Virus genome (UHGV): UHGV-0038964
Source of the DNA: a virus
Direction: 5' to 3' (one strand)
DNA: 13,966 nucleotides
Shown here: positions 1-7,603 of the stretch, in pieces
Layout of the letters: the number at the start of each line of letters is the position of its first letter
Numbering within the stretch: position 1 is the first letter of the stretch
Position numbers and translations under genes: made by a program
The notes under the pieces: model-generated
The model's database searches: none
Told to the model about the DNA's origin: nothing
Seen by the model: the letters and a program-made list of their open reading frames with translations, nothing else

Positions 1-171
1 CATCATACACTAAATCAGTAAGTTGGCAGCATCACCTACAACGGCATTACCGCTATGCATTGCTCATCTTACACACAGCGCAATGTTGATAGATAACCCC
101 AGCATGGAACATGGGTGAAACAGTAGGTCAGAGCTTCAGGCTCTGTGTTGTCAATACAGTGAGGCATAATT

Positions 172-381
172 ATGGCTTTCATTCCACCAACCATCGACGA
201 TGTTAGACATTGCTCTAACGCTTTATCTGTAGACCCCGCCGAAACCGACGCTGCCCGCGCCATTGCTGAACACTACTCAAAGATATCCAATCAGGAGTAC
301 CGCATCACCCAAGACGACCTGGATGACCTCACTGACACAATCGAATATCTCATGGCCACTAACCAGCCAGACTCACAATAA
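172..381 (+). CDS. coi: Coi-like C1-repressor inactivator (69 aa)
   Basis: ATG at 172 with a GAGG Shine-Dalgarno about 9 nt upstream; small acidic 69-aa protein directly upstream of and co-oriented with the 283-aa c1-like gene. Size and position match the P1 coi-c1 arrangement as I recall it. Confidence 0.6.
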   Translation: MAFIPPTIDDVRHCSNALSVDPAETDAARAIAEHYSKISNQEYRITQDDLDDLTDTIEYLMATNQPDSQ

Positions 382-397
382 ATGCACTAATAAATCT
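381..397 (+). promoter_or_regulatory. C1 operator-like 17-mer (AATGCACTAATAAATCT) between coi and c1
   Basis: 14/17 identity to the P1 C1 operator consensus ATTGCTCTAATAAATTT, read directly; it overlaps the coi stop codon and lies about 95 nt upstream of the c1 start, as expected for an autoregulatory site. Confidence 0.4.
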
Positions 398-426
398 ATT
401 ATTTTCGTTGGATCCTTCTATAATGG

Positions 427-469
427 TGGCCAACAACTCCCAGTGTAATTCGCTGTGAGTTGTTGGCCA
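427..469. repeat. Perfect 13-bp inverted repeat (TGGCCAACAACTC / GAGTTGTTGGCCA) with a 17-nt spacer, just upstream of the c1 ribosome-binding site
   Basis: Read directly: arms at 427-439 and 457-469 are exact reverse complements; the GGAGGAGG Shine-Dalgarno of c1 follows at about 479-486. Confidence 0.5.
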
Positions 470-491
470 TGTCAATTCTGGAGGAGGATCA

Positions 492-1343
492 ATGATAAAT
501 TATGTCTACGGCGAACAACTGTACCAGGAGTTCGTCAGCTTCAGGGATCTCTTTCTAAAAAAAGCTGTTGCACGCGCCCAACACGTTGATGCCGCCAGCG
601 ACGGTCGTCCTGTACGCCCGGTTGTCGTTCTGCCGTTCAAAGAAACGGACAGCATTCAGGCTGAAATTGATAAATGGACTTTAATGGCGCGGGAACTGGA
701 ACAGTACCCAGACCTCAATATCCCAAAGACTATTTTATATCCTGTGCCTAACATCCTTCGCGGTGTGCGTAAGGTTACGACCTATCAGACAGAAGCTGTA
801 AACAGCGTCAACATGACCGCTGGCCGCATTATTCATCTGATTGATAAGGACATTCGCATCCAAAAAAGCGCGGGGTTCAATGAGCACAGTGCGAAATACA
901 TAGAGAACCTGGAAGCAACAAAAGAGCTAATGAAGCAGTACCCGGAGGATGAAAAATTCCGTATGCGCGTACACGGCTTTAGCGAAACAATGCTGCGCGT
1001 TCACTACATCTCCAGTAGTCCTAACTACAATAACGGTAAATCAGTTAGTTACCATGTGCCGCTGTGTGGCGTGTTTATCTGCGATGAAACTCTCCGTGAT
1101 GGAATCATCATCAACGGTGAATTCGAGAAAGCAAAATTTAGCCTTTATGACTCCATAGAACCGATCATCTGCGACCGCTGGCCACAAGCAAAAATATATC
1201 GCCTGGCAGATATTGAAAATGTAAAAAAACAAATTGCCATCACTCGCGAAGAGAAAAAGGTTAAGTCAGCCGCATCAGTTACGCGCAGCCGTAAAACCAA
1301 GAAGGGGCAGCCAGTAAACGACAACCCCGAAAGCGCGCAATAA
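492..1343 (+). CDS. c1: C1-like master repressor of lysogeny (283 aa)
   Basis: ATG at 492 with GGAGGAGG 5 nt upstream; 283 aa with a Lys/Arg-rich C-terminal tail. Length, the coi partner upstream and C1-operator-like sites elsewhere in the window fit P1 C1. The identification rests on recalled length and context, not on an alignment. Confidence 0.7.
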   Translation: MINYVYGEQLYQEFVSFRDLFLKKAVARAQHVDAASDGRPVRPVVVLPFKETDSIQAEIDKWTLMARELEQYPDLNIPKTILYPVPNILRGVRKVTTYQTEAVNSVNMTAGRIIHLIDKDIRIQKSAGFNEHSAKYIENLEATKELMKQYPEDEKFRMRVHGFSETMLRVHYISSSPNYNNGKSVSYHVPLCGVFICDETLRDGIIINGEFEKAKFSLYDSIEPIICDRWPQAKIYRLADIENVKKQIAITREEKKVKSAASVTRSRKTKKGQPVNDNPESAQ

Positions 1344-1346
1344 ATT

Positions 1347-1376
1347 ATGCCCGGCATCAACCGGGCATTCTTCCAT
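1347..1376. terminator. Bidirectional intrinsic terminator between convergent c1 and the HNH-motif gene
   Basis: Stem ATGCCCGG (1347-1354), loop CATCAA, stem CCGGGCAT (1361-1368); T-rich sequence follows on the + strand (TCTTCCATTATT) and on the - strand (AATTTATTG). Confidence 0.6.
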
Positions 1377-2387
1377 TATTCAGCCGCCACCGGTTTTAAC
1401 AAGCCAGCATCGAGCAGTTTACGCGTCAACCACTGCTGGCCTTTACCCGTTAATTGAGGCGTCAACCGTATCTGATAGCCATCTTCATCATCCAGCACCA
1501 CTTCTTTCACCGTGAAATAATCGACTATGACGAACGATATAAGGCGTAATGTGAGCGCCAGCTCCCGCAGCTCCACAGCCACAGCATGGACGGGAAGCCA
1601 CAAAGTCCATGTACTCGGGCAATTTTAGCGATTGAAGTTTTGGTATTTTGAAATGCGCCATACCTGGGTCGGAGTCAACATCCACAGGGCATACTTTTGC
1701 ACGCATCGGCGCGGCGCGTTCTTCCATCATTTGAACATATGCTGTAGCGCGATCGTCATACGGGCGAATATCCGCCTCTTTCAGAGGTCCGCTATCCTGC
1801 GGAGTAGCCTTCATCTTATTTATTGATATGCGGCAGACTTCTTCCGGCATCAGGTGCATCATGTTGCGCATGAAAGCCCACCAGCACAGCTCCTGAATAC
1901 TTAAATCATGGCTATTTGAAAGGCCCATTTCCTGACGGGCGACATCCAGTATCCAGTTAACGCGATTATTGTGCAGCGTTTCTTTCAGCTCATTAAAACC
2001 ACGCATCCGGTAATGGTTATCGTGATGCCAGCACAACAACACCGCGCTATTGTCTCGTTCTGCGTGGACAATATGGTTGTCACACCAACTACGATCTGCG
2101 GCCTGGCATTGACCCTCTTTCCTACGCAACCACGCCACCAGCGCGTCAATTCCACCAATACGGCGAAACAGTTCATCGCTGTTAAAAAACGGCTGCAACG
2201 CCTCATTTGTTGCCATGGTTTGCTCCGTAACAACGAGGCCGTCTTCCATGTGCTCGATTAACTCACGCGGCACCGGCTCCATAATAAATTTACGGCCAGC
2301 CTCCACCAGCTTTCGGACCTCCTGATCCACTTTGAACGTGGCGAGGCCAAGCTCTTTCTGTACAAAGGGAGTAATTACGGCTTTCAC
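1376..2387 (-). CDS. HNH-motif protein (DUF968-like guess) with an apparent frameshift; main frame 1488-2387, C-terminal segment continues in another frame at 1376-1603
   Basis: GTG start at 2387 with AAGGTG 5 nt upstream. Internal motif CDNHIVH...N...LLCWHHDNH resembles an HNH/zinc-finger nuclease core. The last 35 residues of the 299-aa frame are low-complexity ([14 protein letters not shown]...), while the overlapping frame encodes a protein-like 75-aa tail. Confidence 0.5.
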
Positions 2388-2414
2388 ATCACACCTTTAA
2401 TCACTGATTGGGCT

Positions 2415-2594
2415 TTATCTGCTGCCCGGCATTATCTGTTTAAGCACAACCATTTCCTGACGGCATAACACAGCAATAGCAGTCCTGGCTCCAATTTGCT
2501 TACCAACCAGGTATTGCTTTACCTCGCGGCGACTCACGCCATCAAGAAGCATCTTTAACGCTTCACGGGACAATTTGTTGTATTTGCGTGCCAT
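2415..2594 (-). CDS. Small basic protein (59 aa), possible helix-turn-helix; post-doc gene
   Basis: ATG at 2592-2594, four nt after the doc stop codon (2599-2601); Lys/Arg-rich. The track ORF 2415-2615 begins further upstream inside doc, so I trimmed it to the first ATG after doc. Confidence 0.4.
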   Translation of the reverse strand: MARKYNKLSREALKMLLDGVSRREVKQYLVGKQIGARTAIAVLCRQEMVVLKQIMPGSR

Positions 2595-2598
2595 TAAT

Positions 2599-2979
2599 CT
2601 ACTCCGCAGAACCATACAATCTACGTAACGTGGCGGCGACAGAAGATACAGATATCTCGCCAGTCGCAGCGCCTACAGTAAGGTCTGCCAGTTCAGGTGA
2701 ATCAAATACCTGCACCCCGTTACGGCGTAGAAATAGCAGCGCACTGTTTAGCGCGGTACGCTTATTGGCATCATTGAATATATGCCCTCTCGCTGTAGCC
2801 ACCAGGTAGGTGGCGGAGACTTCGAAAAGGTCGGTGATCTCTTCGTAGGCAACTCTGGCCTGAACTCTCCCGATAATGGCCTCTGCCCTACCCGGATCTG
2901 ACATTCCCGGCAGGCCGCCGTAGCGGCTTATATTCGCATCATGAAGCGCAATAAGTTCTTCCGGTGATATATGCCTCAT
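2599..2979 (-). CDS. doc: Doc toxin (Fic-fold kinase, death-on-curing), 126 aa
   Basis: Protein [22 protein letters not shown]... with the Fic/Doc motif [11 protein letters not shown]; matches P1 Doc as I recall it. Its ATG overlaps the phd stop (TAATG). Confidence 0.9.
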
Positions 2980-3200
2980 TATCGGTTAACCAGTTCCTTG
3001 TTGGTGGAGTCCAGGGTGTCAAACAGGGATGCAAATTCAGCATCCAGCGCCGCTTTTTTGTAGGCTTCGAAAGTAGCCTTGCTGACAATTACTGCTGGCT
3101 CACGGCCTCTGCGGGTGATTTCAACCTCTTCCCCGGCTTCAACATTGTTGAGCACTTCAGAAAGGTTGCCGCGCGCGGTACGGAAGTTAATGGATTGCAT
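2979..3200 (-). CDS. phd: Phd antitoxin (Phd/YefM family), 73 aa
   Basis: [41 protein letters not shown]... matches P1 Phd as I recall it; true ATG at 3198-3200 with GAGGTG upstream. The track start at 3206 is a GTG two codons earlier. Confidence 0.9.
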
Positions 3201-3206
3201 AAACAC

Positions 3207-3233
3207 CTCGTGTACTCGTTATGTGTACACAAT
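3207..3233. promoter_or_regulatory. Putative Phd/Doc autoregulatory operator (GTGTAC core at 3210-3215 and palindrome TGTGTACACA at 3222-3231)
   Basis: Two GTGTAC-containing sites immediately upstream of the phd start, one a perfect 10-bp palindrome. Phd is known to autoregulate at palindromic sites in its promoter; the exact site sequence is not recalled. Confidence 0.35.
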
Positions 3234-3272
3234 TATAAACTTCACAGGCATAAAGCACCAGCACTTTGCAGC

Positions 3273-3662
3273 TTAAATCACCGGACAGTCATCAAATTCC
3301 CCACTTCGGGCATCATTGATGACATGAGTGATCACACCAAAAACAGCATTACTACCCGTGTAACCATCGTCATCTACTGGTAACGCCTCTTTCTTCCCGG
3401 TGCTTAAATCCTCCAGGTGCTGGCGCGGATACTTTCGGTATCTCTTTATGCGATATTCACCCTCCATAGCGCAGACAAGCAGCGAACCATCAACCGGAGT
3501 AAGCGAGGAATCAACCACCAGCAAAGCACCCTGCAATATTCCCTCACGGTGATGGCTGTCTGCCGCCCGCATGAAGTATGTCGCTGATGGATGCCTGATT
3601 AGTTGCTGATCAAGAGAAATTCTGCTTTCAACATAATCCGCCGCAGGAGAAGGGAAGCCCAT
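3273..3662 (-). CDS. humD: HumD, UmuD'-like polymerase V accessory subunit homologue (LexA/S24 peptidase fold), 129 aa
   Basis: ATG at 3660-3662 with GAGGTGA upstream; UmuD'-like sequence; gene order humD-phd-doc as in P1; LexA box immediately upstream. Confidence 0.8.
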   Translation of the reverse strand: MGFPSPAADYVESRISLDQQLIRHPSATYFMRAADSHHREGILQGALLVVDSSLTPVDGSLLVCAMEGEYRIKRYRKYPRQHLEDLSTGKKEALPVDDDGYTGSNAVFGVITHVINDARSGEFDDCPVI

Positions 3663-3681
3663 AGCGTTTTCACCTCAACAA

Positions 3682-3701
3682 TACTGTTTATTTATACAGT
3701 A
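3682..3701. promoter_or_regulatory. LexA (SOS) box TACTGTTTATTTATACAGTA
   Basis: CTGT at 3684-3687 and ACAG at 3696-3699 with an 8-nt AT-rich spacer; a perfect CTGT-N8-ACAG palindrome about 20 nt upstream of the humD ATG, in the divergent region shared with the + strand gene at 3837. Confidence 0.75.
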
Positions 3702-3836
3702 TACATTAAAGAGACACCTTTGGTGCAAACGCGTTATGTACATCAACCACCGCAGATGATTTTGTGCGCTTTGCTACTATTCATCACCAACGGATCAGCG
3801 TAACCTCGTTGCCAATCAGTTAATAAGGAATTAGCT

Positions 3837-4412
3837 ATGCCTAATCGCATTCCTCTCGATCCTGTATTGCCCAAAAATTTTGACTGCACTCCTAACGAGA
3901 AACGCTCTAAAGCTCAGCTGGACGCCTGGTGGGATCATCCGTATGGAGTTACACAATCTGACGGGAAAATTGTTGTTTTTTGTCTAAACGGTGGCGCGTG
4001 GGACCGTCCATCCATGCTTTGTTTGGCAGATAACTATGATGACGCCTGTGAACTTGCAGAAAGAAAGCAGGCAAGCTGGGTAAAAACACGGTCTAAACCG
4101 TCATTCATGTTTTCAATAGAACCGCCATTTATCCTAGCAAGGATGCCGCAGCGACCAGACCAGGAACAGCAAGAGATTGTTGCCGAATTTGATTCAAGGG
4201 AAGAAATGAACCTCTTCACGATGAAACAGGAACAAGAAGAGAATCTTGGAGTTTCACCATTTTTGGATCACAAGAGTATGAACCTCGACCTGCTTATCTG
4301 GTACAGCAATGAGCTTGAGTTATCGCTGTCCCGGCTTGAAAAAGAAAAAGCAGCTATCCAGGCACAACGTGAAGCTGTGTTGGCGCGGATTAAAGAAGTA
4401 CAGAACGGATGA
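3837..4412 (+). CDS. Hypothetical protein (191 aa) with a coiled-coil C-terminus; divergent from humD
   Basis: ATG at 3837 with AAGGAA 7 nt upstream; no overlapping competitor ORF; the C-terminal 60 aa are heptad-like (LELSLSRLEKEKAAIQAQREAVLARIKE). Function unknown. Confidence 0.55.
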   Translation: MPNRIPLDPVLPKNFDCTPNEKRSKAQLDAWWDHPYGVTQSDGKIVVFCLNGGAWDRPSMLCLADNYDDACELAERKQASWVKTRSKPSFMFSIEPPFILARMPQRPDQEQQEIVAEFDSREEMNLFTMKQEQEENLGVSPFLDHKSMNLDLLIWYSNELELSLSRLEKEKAAIQAQREAVLARIKEVQNG

Positions 4413-4418
4413 TTGCTG

Positions 4419-4682
4419 TTATTTTTTGATGGTATCGTCTTTTTGGTATACCGGATCGCTTCCCTTTGGCAACTGGAGGCTTAACTGCCGGTAGTGCCGT
4501 AGACGTTCCATGAAATAGGTGCGCAGGTTCTCTGGTTGCTCGCGGGCTACCTGTTCAGCTATGACAGGTATGTTCAATCGCTCTTTGTAGGCAACCCCCC
4601 TAGCAGCCAGGTCAACGTTAACTTTATTCCTTTCTTCCTGGCTTTTAGCTGCTATGTTCCATTCGTTCATATTAAATCCCAT
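4419..4682 (-). CDS. hot: Hot, homologue of DNA polymerase III theta subunit (HolE-like)
   Basis: The stretch [42 protein letters not shown] resembles E. coli theta ([42 protein letters not shown], recalled). Start is either the ATG at 4682 or the ATG at 4670. Confidence 0.7.
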   Translation of the reverse strand: MGFNMNEWNIAAKSQEERNKVNVDLAARGVAYKERLNIPVIAEQVAREQPENLRTYFMERLRHYRQLSLQLPKGSDPVYQKDDTIKK

Positions 4683-5138
4683 CCAGAATAATTGAATAAC
4701 GGCTATTATTTAGTCGCCGCAATATCTTCAAAGTTTTTTTCTCACCCCATTGCTTTTTGCGCACAGCTTATCTGGCTTGCGGTGCGCCGAAATGTAAATT
4801 CGCCTTCAGAGTTATCCACAAAGTTATGCACTTGCAACGAGGCCATTTTCCTCATACTGTGTTTGCACACACAGGAAATGGATATTTTATTAATTGAATT
4901 TTATTAAATAATAATGATAAGGAGAAAATTTGAGATGTAATCATGACATTAATAGATAGGGCCTGCATTACAGGCCCCAACTACATCAAGGAATTCACAG
5001 TTCCCTGATTTTTATACCGAAAACATGTGCCGTAAGTTCACGTTAACGACTTTCTTTCACCGAATCCAACTATATAGAGGTTGGGTTTCTACGTCAACGT
5101 GAGAGCACACAGCTTTACATTTGACGAGGATTACCCTG

Positions 5139-5276
5139 ATGATTGTAATTTTTCAGTTTCTAAGTGCATTTTTAAATGCGCCTGTTCTTAGCCAAGTGCT
5201 GGCGATTGTCTTCATCGTGGTTCTGATATGGTTTTTCAAGTCAGTGATAAACAGAGGCGTGCGCTGGCTTATTTAA
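5139..5276 (+). CDS. Unannotated small hydrophobic protein (45 aa): MIVIFQFLSAFLNAPVLSQVLAIVFIVVLIWFFKSVINRGVRWLI
   Basis: Below the ORF-track size cutoff. ATG at 5139 with GAGGA about 8 nt upstream, TAA at 5274-5276; a single long hydrophobic segment with a basic C-terminus. It lies in a region otherwise free of coding sequence. Confidence 0.4.
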   Translation: MIVIFQFLSAFLNAPVLSQVLAIVFIVVLIWFFKSVINRGVRWLI

Positions 5277-5459
5277 TGTCGCGCTGAGATATTAATTCCC
5301 TTGCTGTTTAACCATTTTTTGTGTGTGCTGGTGAGCGTGTGAAGGCTCAATTTGTTGCCCACCAGTATTTACTATTTCTAAGCTCCACAGTGTCACTTCC
5401 GCACAAACAACTTAGCGCGGAATCAGTATTCGGCCCAAGATGTAAAAAGCCAACCTGCG

Positions 5460-5726
5460 TTATGGTTCGCATTTCCAAATAGTGTTCTGAACGCCCGTGC
5501 CGGGCGCGAGATGTGGATTAGCGTTCGCGCTATGCTGATATACGGCTTTAGACTTTCCATATTGCTGACAGGCTTTATCTGCGGTTTTTTGCAGGCTATC
5601 CAGCCCATACCAGCCATCAGACTGGATGCTTACCTTTTCACCGTCATTGTATTGCACCATTGCACACCCGGACATAGCCAGCATCGCACCGACAATAACG
5701 CTTTTCCATAAAACTCTATGCAACAT
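5460..5726 (-). CDS. Small lipoprotein (about 88 aa)
   Basis: Signal peptide MLHRVLWKSVIVGAMLAMSGC with a lipobox-like MSGC cysteine; the true start is probably the ATG at 5724-5726 (the track start at 5732 is a TTG). Confidence 0.55.
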   Translation of the reverse strand: MLHRVLWKSVIVGAMLAMSGCAMVQYNDGEKVSIQSDGWYGLDSLQKTADKACQQYGKSKAVYQHSANANPHLAPGTGVQNTIWKCEP

Positions 5727-5731
5727 ATACA

Positions 5732-5761
5732 AAAATCCCCTCTGTGAATTGAGGGGATTTT
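5732..5761 (-). terminator. Intrinsic terminator ending the upstream minus-strand operon
   Basis: Stem 5732-5742 pairs with 5751-5761 (AAAATCCCCTC / GAGGGGATTTT); on the - strand the stem runs into TTTTTGTAT. The same stem supplies the GAGGGG Shine-Dalgarno of the lipoprotein gene. Confidence 0.6.
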
Positions 5762-5795
5762 AGCATGGTGATCAGATATCAGCTTTATCAGGAAT

Positions 5796-6545
5796 TTAAT
5801 CAGCCTCCAGTGGCAATAACGCCTTAGCCATTTCATGAACCAACATGGCATCAATGACGCCTAGCGTATGGCCCGGCTTAATCTTTAATGCGGCCTCAAG
5901 ATAGCCTCTTTCCAGAGTGGTTTTTACGCTTTTCCTGGGCGCCTGTTGGGAACTATCCGGAAGATCCGGATGGTTCCCAGCCTCATAAGCTATCCGCAAC
6001 CAGTGCATGAATGTTTCCGCAGACACACAACCGCAGTCCACATCGATTTTCCCGCGTTGCTGTTCCAGCCATTGCCCAAAATCCAACCTGTAAGCCTTAC
6101 TTTCAAGTTCATCGCCATTGAACTCGACTTTCTGCGACGCTATGAGAGCTGATTCGTATTGTTCGCGAGTGACAACTGACTGGTATTCATCGCTATCAAG
6201 ATCACCAATTGGAAGCTCAATCTCACAACAAAAATTGCGCCCAAAGAACGTGTCTTTTTTGTGGTCTGAGCCAAAAGCAAAAGTCGCGCATGGCGCCATT
6301 AAATTGGCACTGAGCAGGCGACAATCGATCATACCATCAGGCCACCCGCCGCACTTAGGCAGCTCCTTCACTAACAAGTCGATAAGCTTCATTTTTTTAT
6401 CATCTTTGCTAGTTGCTAACGCCATTTTTGCAAGTCCAAATACTTCATCTGCCGTATATCCAGCACCGTGACCATACATTTCGATACGGGAAATAATCTC
6501 TGATATACGCTCTTTAGTGATTCTGGTCATTTCTTTTTGCGCCAT
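5796..6545 (-). CDS. Hypothetical protein (249 aa), last gene of the operator-gated operon
   Basis: ATG at 6543-6545; long ORF with no recognisable motif; followed by the terminator at 5732-5761. Confidence 0.5.
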   Translation of the reverse strand: MAQKEMTRITKERISEIISRIEMYGHGAGYTADEVFGLAKMALATSKDDKKMKLIDLLVKELPKCGGWPDGMIDCRLLSANLMAPCATFAFGSDHKKDTFFGRNFCCEIELPIGDLDSDEYQSVVTREQYESALIASQKVEFNGDELESKAYRLDFGQWLEQQRGKIDVDCGCVSAETFMHWLRIAYEAGNHPDLPDSSQQAPRKSVKTTLERGYLEAALKIKPGHTLGVIDAMLVHEMAKALLPLEAD

Positions 6546-6901
6546 TTCTTTTCACATTCCTTAGTCCATTTTTCAATGTTCATTTTGGCAATATCAGTCA
6601 TTCCATCGCCTAAGAAATACCTTTCCCGGTATGTCTTGCACTTAAACCACACTACAATAGCCACCAGCCAGAAAATAAAAGGCCAGACAGCAATACCAAC
6701 TACAGCCACGATAAAGTCCAATAGACACAAATGAAGCTCCCCTACTTCTGTTTCAGGCAATATCTTTAAAGAGTTAAACAGCAGACTGAACGAATGGTCG
6801 TATGCAGTAGCGCTATAAGACATACAATCCATATAATTAAAATCATAGCCTGCGGCTGCCGCCCATAATGGGCAGTCAAGAAAATGTTTGAATGTCATCA
6901 T
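6527..6901 (-). CDS. Hypothetical membrane protein (124 aa), Lys-rich C-terminus
   Basis: Tandem ATG ATG at 6896-6901; hydrophobic stretch LCLLDFIVAVVGIAVWPFIFWLVAIVVWF; 3' end overlaps the start of the 249-aa gene by 19 nt. Confidence 0.5.
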   Translation of the reverse strand: MMTFKHFLDCPLWAAAAGYDFNYMDCMSYSATAYDHSFSLLFNSLKILPETEVGELHLCLLDFIVAVVGIAVWPFIFWLVAIVVWFKCKTYRERYFLGDGMTDIAKMNIEKWTKECEKKWRKKK

Positions 6902-6967
6902 ATAAATTTAATCAGTTACACAGTGTGGCTGCTTCCCTGCCGTAACAGCAGGGTAATAAAGTTATAA

Positions 6968-7132
6968 TCAGTCTCCAGATAGAGATATAGCTAACGCACC
7001 AACGAGGAATAAGGTGCTACCAGCCAATGCACCGCAGCTCTCCGTTCCCCATTCAACGCCACCAGCCAAAGCCACAAAAAAACCACAAACACAGACAAAT
7101 ATAAACGTCGCCCAAAACTGTTTCTTTTTCAT
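6968..7132 (-). CDS. Unannotated small membrane protein (54 aa): MKKKQFWATFIFVCVCGFFVALAGGVEWGTESCGALAGSTLFLVGALAISLSGD
   Basis: Found by hand translation. Its ATG (7130-7132) overlaps the TAA stop of the upstream 97-aa gene (TAATG coupling); GGAG upstream; two hydrophobic segments. Confidence 0.45.
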   Translation of the reverse strand: MKKKQFWATFIFVCVCGFFVALAGGVEWGTESCGALAGSTLFLVGALAISLSGD

Positions 7133-7425
7133 TATGGGGTGCTCCAGTTATCTTCAATTACAATGCTCAACCTTTGTAGCCATTCTGCTAATTTCAGCAT
7201 TGCTTCTCTTTCGCTTAAACCACGCGGGAAATCATCAAGCGATATTGTTGGCTTGAAGTTCCCGAAATTATCCATTTCAACTGTCAGATTTTGCTCTAAC
7301 ACGGTATTCCTGACACGGCTATTGTGCCGAAGCAAATATACTGATCGTGATTCATTAGTTTTGTGGTCGAATTGATATTCGGTAAGTATCATCTGGCTTT
7401 TGCCATGACTATTACCTCTCCACAT
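7132..7425 (-). CDS. Hypothetical protein (about 97 aa)
   Basis: Track ORF 7132-7512 trimmed to the ATG at 7423-7425 (MWRGNSHGK...), which has a GAGG Shine-Dalgarno; the upstream part of the track ORF is instead taken by the 40-aa peptide in another frame. Confidence 0.45.
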   Translation of the reverse strand: MWRGNSHGKSQMILTEYQFDHKTNESRSVYLLRHNSRVRNTVLEQNLTVEMDNFGNFKPTISLDDFPRGLSEREAMLKLAEWLQRLSIVIEDNWSTP

Positions 7426-7432
7426 ACTTACC

Positions 7433-7555
7433 TCACTTAATAAAACAACTCCATGCGTAGTTGATGATTTTTTCCCACGCAATATAAATCTGCACTCCAG
7501 CAGTAAAACCAAAGCCTACAATTGCTGAAAAAATCAAAACATTTACTTTTGACAT
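7433..7555 (-). CDS. Unannotated small hydrophobic peptide (40 aa): MSKVNVLIFSAIVGFGFTAGVQIYIAWEKIINYAWSCFIK
   Basis: ATG at 7553-7555, TGA at 7433-7435; single transmembrane-like segment; ends 8 nt before the 97-aa gene start. The Shine-Dalgarno is weak. Confidence 0.35.
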   Translation of the reverse strand: MSKVNVLIFSAIVGFGFTAGVQIYIAWEKIINYAWSCFIK

Positions 7556-7603
7556 TATAAAATTTCTCTCGGTGTCGTAGGTGATAGCACCATAATTGAT
7601 AAT

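Noticed and set aside
60-80. Possible additional C1 operator upstream of coi (GCATTGCTCATCTTACAC)
   Set aside because: Only the first 7 positions (ATTGCTC) match the consensus; the 3' half diverges completely, so it was not called.
949-1360. Track ORFs 949-1158 (+), 1041-1232 (-) and 1145-1360 (-) inside or opposite c1
   Set aside because: They lie wholly within the long, well-supported c1 reading frame or antisense to it, lack ribosome-binding sites and have odd composition; treated as frame artefacts.
2588-3383. Plus-strand track ORFs 2588-2809, 2964-3383 and 3079-3276 opposite doc, phd and humD
   Set aside because: They are antisense to three confidently identified genes and lack start-site signals.
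4692-4907. 71-aa + strand track ORF upstream of hot
   Set aside because: It sits in AT-rich promoter-like sequence with no ribosome-binding site and low-complexity translation; more likely non-coding leader or promoter DNA.
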